From Octopus sinensis (Eukaryota): a stretch of 14,059 bases of DNA. Of the stretch, positions 1-7,651 are shown piece after piece. Both the position numbers and the translations under genes were made by a program. Numbering within the stretch: the first letter of the stretch is position 1; each line of letters starts with the position of its first letter. The notes under the pieces were generated by a model, which was not told where the DNA came from, did no database searches, and was given only the letters and a program-made list of their open reading frames with translations. Location: NCBI RefSeq assembly GCF_006345805.1, contig NW_021825910.1, forward strand, positions 1-14,059, read 5' to 3'.

Positions 1-123
1 AATTTGTATTGAGCCCACGGCATCAATATTCTGAATTAAAGTGCAACTGTGGGGGCCGTTCATTTGGGATTCGGACATCTCCTACGAACCCACAATGCGT
101 TAAGTCACTTCGAGCTGAATCTT

Positions 124-182
124 ACACACACACACCGACACAACACACACACGTATACATGTATATGTATGTATATATATAT
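124..182. repeat. Compound (CA)n/(TA)n microsatellite
   Basis: Direct: acacacacac...gtatatgtatgtatatatatata. Confidence 0.9.
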
Positions 183-390
183 AAAGGGAAAGTTTACGAA
201 AATAAACAAAAGACGAAGGCAGGTGGTGTACAAAACAAACAGATGTATTAGTATAACGCTCAGGAATGGAAAAAGTCTTTTACGTTTCGAGCCTACGCTC
301 TTCTACAGAAAGGGACACAGAAAAAAACAAGGATAGAAAAAAAAATGTGTGTAGTAGCTAACGATCTATCATGGCGTCTGACTCGGACAG
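183..390 (-). mobile_element. Hammerhead-bearing dispersed repeat, copy 1 (Penelope-like terminus or retrozyme-like)
   Basis: Shares AACAAAAGACGAAG and GTATTAGT..ACGCTC.GGAA with 5012-5098. Shares ACGCTCAGGAA and ACGTTTCGAGC..GCTCTTC with 8687-8881. Boundaries are approximate and the PLE assignment is inference. Confidence 0.55.
277..312 (-). ncRNA. Minimal type I hammerhead ribozyme-like motif (HH-1)
   Basis: Minus strand reads CUUU / CUGUAGA+A / GAGC-GUAG-GCUC / GAA / ACGU / A / AAAG. This gives a 4-bp stem I, 4-bp stem II, palindromic stem III and a GUA cleavage triplet (cut between 281 and 280). One core deviation (A6>U) and one extra A. Confidence 0.6.
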
Positions 391-587
391 AATGTTCAGA
401 CGGGAGAAGTAAAGATAATAAACCTCATTAAGGGATCATAAACCCAATGAAAATACTGGTTAGTTACCAATCCATAGAAAGTTCAACTATAAGGGAAACC
501 ATATAAACCATGGTTCGTATATTTAAAGGTTAAGGAGAAAATGGAGAAGTAACTGATAAGATTATTTATTAATTGTAAAATATGACA

Positions 588-643
588 TCTCTGACAGCTG
601 TTTCGATTCAGAAATCATTCTAAGCCGAATCTCTTCAGGGGTA
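588..643 (-). ncRNA. Minimal hammerhead ribozyme-like motif (HH-2)
   Basis: Minus strand: CUGAAGA (638-632), GAUUC...GAAUC 5-bp stem II with 17-nt loop, GAAA, palindromic ACAGCUGU stem III, C17 at 593 (GUC). All conserved core nucleotides are present, but stem I (ACCC vs AGAG) is largely mismatched. Confidence 0.55.
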
Positions 644-848
644 GTAAAGATATACCGATTAGAAATACATGTTGAGATAACTATTAGCATATATACAAAA
701 ACTGATAGGATACATACAAAAAGGGCCGGTTATAGAATGCCTTAATCTGACATGGGGTGGGGAGATATTGTATATTTTATGTCTTAAAGAAAGAAATAGA
801 AGAAAGCATAAAAATGCATGTATTTATAAATATATATATAACAATGCC

Positions 849-911
<63 letters not shown>
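849..911. repeat. (AAT)21 microsatellite
   Basis: Direct; produces the poly-Asn of ORF 768..1193. Confidence 0.97.
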
Positions 912-914
<3 letters not shown>

Positions 915-1193
915 GTTTGCTTATTGATCGACAGGAGCATCCCCTGTGATCATAATATCTCGGCGAAAGAATGTGACAAGCTCAGAAAATATAAAGACCT
1001 GCTCATTGAAATTGAGAAAATGTGGCATCTCAAGGCGGTTACAATACCAGTGATCGTAGGAGCACTAGGAATGATCAAGAAGGGAACCGAAAATTATATG
1101 AGAATGATCCCTGGCTTACCATCCCTGCAAGAAGTGCAAAAGATTGTCTTAACTGGTACATCACACGTATTGAGAAGAGCATTATCGATGTGA
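912..1193 (+). pseudogene. Restriction-like endonuclease (PD-(D/E)xK type) C-terminal fragment of an R4/Dong ORF
   Basis: KVCLLIDRSIPCDHNISAKECDKLRKYKDLLIEIEKMWHLKAVTIPVIVGALG...LQEVQKIVLTGTSHVLRRALSM* matches the R4-clade pattern ID..P.D.NI..KE.EK..KY.DL..EI..MW......IPV.VGALG...LQK..L.GT...LRR.L. The frame is uninterrupted, but the upstream PD motif and RT are missing. Confidence 0.85.
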
Positions 1194-1372
1194 GAACTAT
1201 TACTACCCATGTATTTTAATTTAACTTTATTTCTATAAAAAAAAAATAATAAAAAGAACGAACTAGTGAGTTTAGTTTAATGGCCTACCAATGTATACTA
1301 TGAGTTTCTTTGCCCTAGGAGTCGGGAAGACACTCGGCAAGAAATGGAAGCAAATTTGAAAGAAGAAGAAAA
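912..1372 (+). mobile_element. 5'-truncated R4/Dong-clade non-LTR retrotransposon (RLE C-terminus plus 3'UTR)
   Basis: Coding remnant at 912-1193, AT-rich 3'UTR to about 1372, flanked by (AAT)21 upstream and (AAT)4 AAC AAT downstream. Dong/Rex6-type elements are known to target TAA repeats. Confidence 0.8.
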
Positions 1373-1392
1373 AATAATAATAATAACAATAG

Positions 1393-1536
1393 TTTCGAAT
1401 TTTGGCACAAGACCAGTAATTTTTTGGAGGGGATTAAATCGATTAGATCGACCCCAATACTCAACTGGTATTAATTTTATCGATTCTGAAAAGATGATAG
1501 GCAAACACGACCTCGGCGGAATTTGAACCCAGAACG
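1393..1536 (-). mobile_element. SINE-A, 5'-truncated, short-tail type
   Basis: Minus strand has B-box-like GGGTTCAAATTCCGCC, the body motif ...ACCAGTTGAGTATTGGGGTCGATCTAATCGA, and the tail CTGGTCTTGTGCCAAAATTCGAAA; homologous to 3109-3326. Confidence 0.8.
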
Positions 1537-1993
1537 GAACATATGATTGGAAAGCAAGCTTCTTATTTATTTGTTTATTTATTCTGAGATTATTGCCATA
1601 CTTTACCAAAATTAATTTATATTAATTAATTCTTTTTTGGCCAGGTCTTATTAAGAGAAGTCATTGAACCTGTCGTTGCAGCGTCTCACTGAGATTTTTA
1701 ATTAACACAACCAATCTGATTGTTCAATACATTAATTATATTGACAATCATTGAACTGGTTATTTCTACATTTCCTAGCGTTTCCTTACATCATTAATTA
1801 AAATTACGTATTTTAACAAGTTTCGTGTCATTTAATATTTTCAATAATTGGTGTGCGACCATGCTGGAGCATCGACTTCCATCGCTTCAAGGCGATCCAT
1901 ATGAAATTCAGTAAGCTTTTTCTTTTGTTTTTTGGGTTTTTTTTTTTATTGTTCAGTATGCAACTTATTTTATTGATGTATATTTGTCGAACC

Positions 1994-2155
1994 GTGCAGG
2001 CGCAATGGCCCAGTGGTTAGGGCAGCGGACTCGCGGTCATAGGATCGCGCGGTTTCGATTCCCAGACCGTGAGTGTTTATTGAGCGAAAACACCTAAAAA
2101 AGCTCCACGAGGCTCCGGCAGGGGATGGTGGCAATCCCTGCTGTACTCTTTCACC
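1994..2155 (+). mobile_element. SINE-C 5' half (tRNA-Arg-like head), tandem upstream copy
   Basis: A box TGGCCCAGTGG and B box GGTTTCGATTCC; repeats 2156-2320 with small indels. Confidence 0.85.
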
Positions 2156-2540
2156 GTGGAGGCGCAATGGCCCAGTGGTTAGGGCAGCGGACTCGCGGTC
2201 ATAGGATCGCGGTTTCGATTCCCAAACCGGGCGTGTGTGAGTGTTTATTGAGCGAAAACACCTAAAGCTCCACGAGGCTCCCCGGGGATGGTGGTGATCC
2301 CTGCTGTTCTCTTTCACACAAACTTTCTCTCACTCTTACTTCCTGTTTCTGTGTGTCCTGTATTTTCAAAGGCCGGCCTTGTCACTCTCTGTGTCACGCT
2401 GAATATCCCCGAGAACTACGTTAAGGGTACACATGTCTGTGGAGTGTCAGCCACTTACACGTTAATTTCACGAGCAGGCTGTTCCGTTGATTCGGATCAA
2501 CCGGAACCCTCGTCGTCGTAACCGACGGAGTGCTTCCACA
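2156..2540 (+). mobile_element. SINE-C full length (tRNA-derived; candidate octopus OR-type SINE)
   Basis: The head GACTCGCGGTCATAGGATCGCGGTTTCGATTCC resembles the tRNA-Arg 3' half. The 3' tail (GAGAACTACGTTAAGGGTAC...ACCGACGGAG) is shared with 2641-2955 and 13542-13665. The family name is not verified. Confidence 0.85.
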
Positions 2541-2640
2541 TTTGTCGATCCGTTAAGTAACTGGACATAAACCGATAATTTTTTAGGTCGACAGGAACGT
2601 AAACACATAAATGATACAGACAAGTACTCATAAAGCTGGT

Positions 2641-2955
2641 TCTCCGTCGGTCACGACGACGAGTGTTCCAGTTCATCCGATCAATGGATCAGCCTGCTCG
2701 TGAAATTAACGTGCAAGTGGCTGAGCACTCCACAGAAATGTGTACCCTTAACGTAGTTCTCGGCGAGATTCAAAGTGACACAGAATATGACAAAGTTGGC
2801 CCCTTTGAAACGCATGTACAATTCATTTGTCAGCTGAGAGGACTAGCGTAACGTGAAATAGTCTTGCTCTCAGACACAAGGCGCTACCGGGTATCGAACT
2901 CAAGACATCACAATCGTGAACCGAAAGCACCAACCACTAAGCCACGCGCCTCCAC
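2641..2955 (-). mobile_element. SINE-D full length (tRNA head, CORE-like middle, SINE-C-type tail)
   Basis: Minus strand: GTGGAGGCGCGTGGCTTAGTGG (A box), GAGTTCGATACC (B box), middle TGTGTCTGAGAGCAAGACTATTTCACG..., then the tail shared with SINE-C. The CORE-likeness is inference. Confidence 0.8.
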
Positions 2956-3108
2956 TAACACCTATTCATACACACGCCCGCGCGCACACAAATATATGCG
3001 TACGTATAGACAGACAGACAAACAGACACCCACAAAAATTCCGGGCCTTGTGCCTAGAGTAAAAGAGCATATATTTGGTTTTTGCATTTAATATGGAGGA
3101 CTGCATGA

Positions 3109-3326
3109 GGCACCGAACTGGCAGAATCGTTAGCACACCGAGGGAAATGCTTTGTAGCATTTCGCTCGTCTTCACGTTCTGAGTTCAAATGCCGTCAAGG
3201 TCGACGTTGCCTTTCATTTTTTTTTCAGGATCGATGAAAAAAGTACCAGTTATGCACTGGGGTCGATCTAATCGACTGACCCCCCTCCTCTCTCCGAAAT
3301 TGCTGGCCTTGTGCTGAAATTTGAAA
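3109..3326 (+). mobile_element. SINE-A, short-tail type
   Basis: A-box-like TGGCAGAATCG, B-box-like GAGTTCAAATGCC, body AAGTACCAGTTATGCACTGGGGTCGATCTAATCGACT, tail GGCCTTGTGCTGAAATTTGAAA. Confidence 0.85.
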
Positions 3327-3330
3327 TGAG

Positions 3331-3546
3331 GGCGGCGAGTTGGTGGAAACGCTAGCATGCCGGAAAAACATGCTTAGCGGCATTTAGTCCGTCTTTACGT
3401 TCTGAGTTCAAATTCTGCCATGGTTCACTTTGCCTTTCGGCCTTTCAGGGTCGATAAAATAAGTACCAGTTGTGCACTGGGGGAGGGGTTGATGTAATCG
3501 ATATCTGCCTCCCTCGGAATTGCTGTCCTTCTGCCAAAATTTGAAA
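3331..3546 (+). mobile_element. SINE-A, short-tail type (head-to-tail with the previous copy)
   Basis: Starts GGCGGCGAGTTGGTGGAAACG 4 nt after the previous tail; same body and AAAATTTGAAA end. Confidence 0.85.
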
Positions 3547-3590
3547 TCAGACAGGAGATTTGTAAATGTTTAGTTGTGTGTCATTTCGTA

Positions 3591-3854
3591 GTGTGTGTGT
3601 GTGTGCGTGTGCGTGTGTGTGTAAGTGCGTGTGTGTGTGTGTGTGTGTGCGTGTGTGTGAGTGGTGTGTGTGCGTGCGCGTGTGCGTGTGTGTGTTTGCG
3701 TGTGTGTTTGTGTGTGCGTGTGTGTGTGTGTGTGCGTGTGTGTGTGTGTGTGCGTGTGTGTGCGTGCGTGTACGTGTGTGTGTGCGTGCGTGCGTGCGTG
3801 TACGTGTGTGTATGTGTGCGTGCGTGTACGTGTGTGTGTGTGTGTGTGTGTGTG
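3591..3854. repeat. (TG)n microsatellite with CG/TA interruptions
   Basis: Direct; source of the poly-CV ORFs. Confidence 0.97.
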
Positions 3855-4262
3855 CTTATTTGTTTTGGTATGAGTTCATTGCTGAAGCTGGGGCGCGGTG
3901 AGCTGTGAAGCGATTTTTCTTACGATTCCCTTCTGAACGATCTCGTTCAGATTCGAAACAATATTCTCGGGCGACGGCCATCATAGTTACGAACCTCAGC
4001 GAGCGCATGCGTAACTGCTTGTATATATGTCTGTCCCCATATCTTTGTGTGCGTGTGTGTTTTTGGAGGGGGTGGCTGCTTGTGCACACGTGTGTGTTTA
4101 TTTACGAAACAGTAAATTAGACGAAACACATCATTAATAGATAAAATCCATAGCGAAAGACAAACTTGTGACGTGGAACGGTGATTGCTTTTCGTGAGAG
4201 CCAAAGGCGATTTGGTTTACGTTTTCAGTTCATCAAAACCAGTCATCACAATCACAGGGTCT

Positions 4263-4304
4263 CTTTTTCTTTTTTTTTTCTTTTTTTTTCTTTTTTTCTT
4301 TTTT
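4263..4304. repeat. Poly-T / (T9C)n tract
   Basis: Direct. Confidence 0.85.
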
Positions 4305-4437
4305 GAATTTACATCGTTAGCAGTTGTTGTTTCGTAGTTAGTATATACAAAAGCATGTATAAATTTTGCAGAAATGTGCAAATATTGTGTTGCACTAGCA
4401 TGACCTCAGCCCTGGGCTGAAACCAGTAAAGGATAAA

Positions 4438-4518
4438 AGATATATATATATATATGTATATGAGTATGTGTATATATATATATATATACATTTATGAATA
4501 AATGTATTTATATATATG

Positions 4519-4549
<31 letters not shown>

Positions 4550-4815
4550 ATATGTATATATATATACATATATATATACATACATACAAATATATATACA
4601 TACATTACATACATACATATACATATATATATATATACATATATATACATACATATAATTATATATGTATTATACATATACATATAATGTGTATATATAT
4701 ATATATATATATAATATATATAATATATGTATATATACATACACATATAATACATATAAATGTGTATATATATATATATGTCATATGCAAATATATATAT
4801 ATTCTATATAAATTA
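4438..4815. repeat. Long degenerate (TA)n/(CATA) microsatellite
   Basis: Direct; source of the poly-IY ORFs. Confidence 0.97.
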
Positions 4816-4840
4816 TGTATGTATAAATTTCATATCTTTT

Positions 4841-5005
4841 TTTTACTTGTTTTAGCCATTGCGTCGCGGTCATCCTGGAGCACTACCAAAGAGAATTTTA
4901 GGCATTCATTTTTAAGCCTGCTACTTTAATCGGTTGGTCCTTTTGCCAAACCGCTAAGTTTCGAAGTTACTGGGACATAAACTCACCAACAGCGGTTGGG
5001 AAGCG
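4841..5005 (-). mobile_element. SINE-B 3' domain, diverged
   Basis: TTTTACTTGTTT...CTGGAGCAC...CTTTTGCCAAACCGCTAAG...GGGACATAAAC..CCA.CA.CGGTTG is homologous to 11069-11260. Confidence 0.7.
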
Positions 5006-5011
5006 CCGTGT

Positions 5012-5098
5012 AAAGTTGAAATTTATAGAAAAACAAAAGACGAAGACATGTGTATGAGCAACAAGCAAGTGTATTAGTTGGACGCTCGGGAAAAATGA
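5012..5098 (-). mobile_element. Hammerhead-bearing repeat family, copy 2 (3' part only, ribozyme absent)
   Basis: Exact AACAAAAGACGAAG and GTATTAGTTGGACGCTCGGGAA, shared with 183-270 and 8749-8768. Confidence 0.55.
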
Positions 5099-6193
5099 AT
5101 AAGAAAGGAATAAGAGAAAAGTAATAAGGTGTCGAAACCATAATGATATCCGTGGGGCAGCTGATGATGGAGGTATGTTGGATTGTTGGTTTGGCTGTTT
5201 TTAACACATCCTTTTGATACACACACAGACATACACATACATATACAGAATAAATGCATCCAAGATGAAATTATGGCTTCTCATCGTTCACATTTAAAAT
5301 AAGTTTGCTTCTTCGCTTAAAAGAACAGAATGATTAAGTTGAGGGCAATCACAATTTTATAAGCTTACTTTAAAAATTTAGATAAGTGGAAAAGACTTTC
5401 GAAAATTATTTTCTTGATCTTGTTAAAAGAACACAGGATTGTGACATTTGATAATAATTTTCACACAGTGAGCGAAAAAGAAAGGAAAAGAGAAGTAAAA
5501 GATTCCAGCATGGCCGCGTCCTTCGGGCTAGAACACATCAGAGAAACAAAATAAAATGGTTAGTAGAATAGAAATGGAGTTTGTAGTCTTGAAAACAAAT
5601 TTATTAACGAAAAATTTGTAACTTGTTGAGTTTCCTTCTGTTTCATGTGTGCTGTTGGCGGAATTTTGGAGATCATTAACCTGTCAACATTTTGCAGCGT
5701 TAACACAATTTGCCCAGAGTTACTCCTCTTGTTTGTTCATGATTTAGTAATAGGAAAATTTTCATCAATAAAAGTAATAGGGGTGGCGGGTAGAAAAAGC
5801 AAAAACGAAAAAAAAATGAGAGAGACAAAAGAAATCTCTTTATTGAATGAAACAGGTTGTTTGCAGAATTTGGTCTCCTCTCAATGAATAATTCAACTCC
5901 GAACATTAAAAGTGAGATGTGTCCAGGGAGAGTCGTCGTGCCTTAATATAACACACCCGCCGGTTCATTTTCCACTCATTTATTTATTTATTCCAGAAAG
6001 CTTTTTTTCGTCGCTGCATTTGCAACAGAATCAATGGATAGGCTCTCCCCTGACACAGCATCATTCGTTTCAACACAAGAATTCACAGAAAGAATTTTGC
6101 AAACCAGATACATAAACATGAAATGTTTGGCTGAAATCAAAACAGACGGTTAATATTTATAGACAGGTCGCTAATGTTTAAAATATTTATATA

Positions 6194-6355
6194 GGCGCAG
6201 GAGTGGCTGTGTGGTAGGTAGCTTGCTTACCAACCACATGGTTCCGGGTTCAGTCCCACTGCGTGACACCTTGGGTGAGTGTTTTCTACTATAGCCTCGG
6301 GCCGACCAAAGTCTTGTGAGTGGATTTGGTAGACGGAAACTTAAAGAAGCCCGTC

Positions 6356-6356
<1 letters not shown>
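6194..6356 (+). mobile_element. SINE-B 5' half (tRNA-derived head plus central domain)
   Basis: A box TGGCTGTGTGG, B box GGGTTCAGTCCC, then CACCTTGGGTGAGTG...GACGGAAACTTAAAGAAGCCCGTCG; reverse complement of 11312-11474. Confidence 0.9.

Positions 6357-6395
<39 letters not shown>
6357..6395. repeat. (TA)n microsatellite at the SINE-B internal position
   Basis: Direct. Confidence 0.95.
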
Positions 6396-6397
<2 letters not shown>

Positions 6398-6430
6398 CTA
6401 CGCTTTTAGCCCGGCGTGCTAACGTTTCTG

Positions 6431-6660
6431 ATTTCTTTATTGCCCACTGGGGGCTAAACATAGAGGGGACAAACAAGGACAGACAAAGGGATTAAGTCGA
6501 TTAGATTGCCCCCAGTGCGTAACTGGTACTTAATTTATCGACCCCGAAAGGATGAAAGGCAAAGTCGACCTCGGCGGAATTTGAACTCAGAACATAGCGG
6601 CGGACGAAATACTGCTAAGCATTTCGCCCGGCGTGCTATCGTTTCTGCCAGCTCGCCGCC
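6431..6660 (-). mobile_element. SINE-A full length, long-tail type
   Basis: Head GGCGGCGAGCTGGCAGAAACG at 6660 and tail ...GTTTAGCCCCCAGTGGGCAATAAAGAAAT at 6431. It is followed (minus strand) by a 37-nt head-like piece at 6394-6430. Confidence 0.9.
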
Positions 6661-6710
6661 TAAATAAATACACACATATTGACACAAACACATTCATACA
6701 CTCTAGACAC

Positions 6711-6845
6711 TCTTTCCTTACTCTCTCTCTCTCTCTCTCTCTTTATTCTACCTCCTTTTCCCCTCCACCACAAACTCCTCCCCTTCCTCTTTCTCTCTCC
6801 TTTTCTCTCTGTTTCTTCTTTGTCTTCTTCACTTTCACCTCCGAC
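6711..6845. repeat. (CT)n / polypyrimidine tract
   Basis: Direct. Confidence 0.85.
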
Positions 6846-6885
6846 TTTACCAACATCCACATATAAAATAATTCTTTGCACTGGA

Positions 6886-7085
6886 GGCACAAGGCCTCAT
6901 ATTTCTAGAGAGGGGACTAGTCGCTTACATCGACCCCAATGTTTCCCTGGTACTTAATTTATTGATCCTGAAAGGATGAAAGTCAAAGTCACACGTCAGT
7001 GGAATTTGAACTCAGGACACAGCGACAGGTGAAATGCCGCTAAGCATTTTGTCCAACGCGCTAAGGGTTCCGCCATCTTGCCGCC
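6886..7085 (-). mobile_element. SINE-A, diverged, short-tail type
   Basis: GGAATTTGAACTCAG, CTGGTACTTAATTTAT and GGCACAAGGCC motifs; head GGCGGCAAG at 7085. Confidence 0.8.
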
Positions 7086-7109
7086 TTCATCCATTTAAAA
7101 TGGCGTACA

Positions 7110-7617
7110 TTCACGGATATACATACACACACAATGCAATACACACATGCACATTCCTACACACACACCCACACACGTATACACACAGACGAACACAGAC
7201 GCACATGCACGCTTGCACATAGGCACACAGACACACATACACACGTACCCCCTACACACACACACACACGCATAAATATATACATACGTGTGCGTATGTG
7301 CGTGTGTGCGTTTGTGTTTGTGTATGTACGTGTGTGTGTGTGTGTCTGTGTCTCTGTGCACATGTGTGTGCGTTTGCTTACTTGTGCGCGTCTTTGTGTA
7401 TCTGTACATGTGTTTGTACGTGTGTGTGTGTGTGTGTGCCTGTGTAGCTATGTGTTTATGTGTATGTGCGTGTGTGTCTGTGTACATGTGAGTGTTCATG
7501 TGTGTGTGTGTGTGTGTGTGTGTGCATGTGTGTCTGTGTACGTGTGTGTGTGTTCATGTGTGTATGCGTGTGTGATGTGTGTCTGTGCACATGTGTGTGT
7601 GATGTATGTGTGCATGT

Positions 7618-7651
<34 letters not shown>

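Noticed and set aside
768-911. N-terminal part of ORF 768..1193 as a real poly-Asn protein
   Set aside because: It starts at a non-ATG codon, the poly-N is the AAT microsatellite, and only 912-1193 has protein homology.
1580-1850. Cluster of TAAT/ATTA homeodomain-like sites as an enhancer
   Set aside because: Expected by chance at this AT content, and conservation cannot be assessed here.
1994-2230. tRNA genes at SINE heads (also 2880-2955 and 6194-6260)
   Set aside because: A and B boxes are present, but there is no complete cloverleaf or acceptor stem, and each continues into a repeated SINE body.
3928-3975. Additional plus-strand hammerhead: CTGAACGA...ATTC GAAAC AATATT CTC, with a perfect 7-bp hairpin CTGAACG-ATCT-CGTTCAG
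   Set aside because: The core does not read CUGANGA with a proper stem II, stem III has a mismatch at the GU position, and stem I is weak; at best a decayed relic.
5130-5175. GAAAC...CTGATGA as a permuted (type II) hammerhead
   Set aside because: No GUH with a paired stem III, and no stem II complementarity between the flanks.
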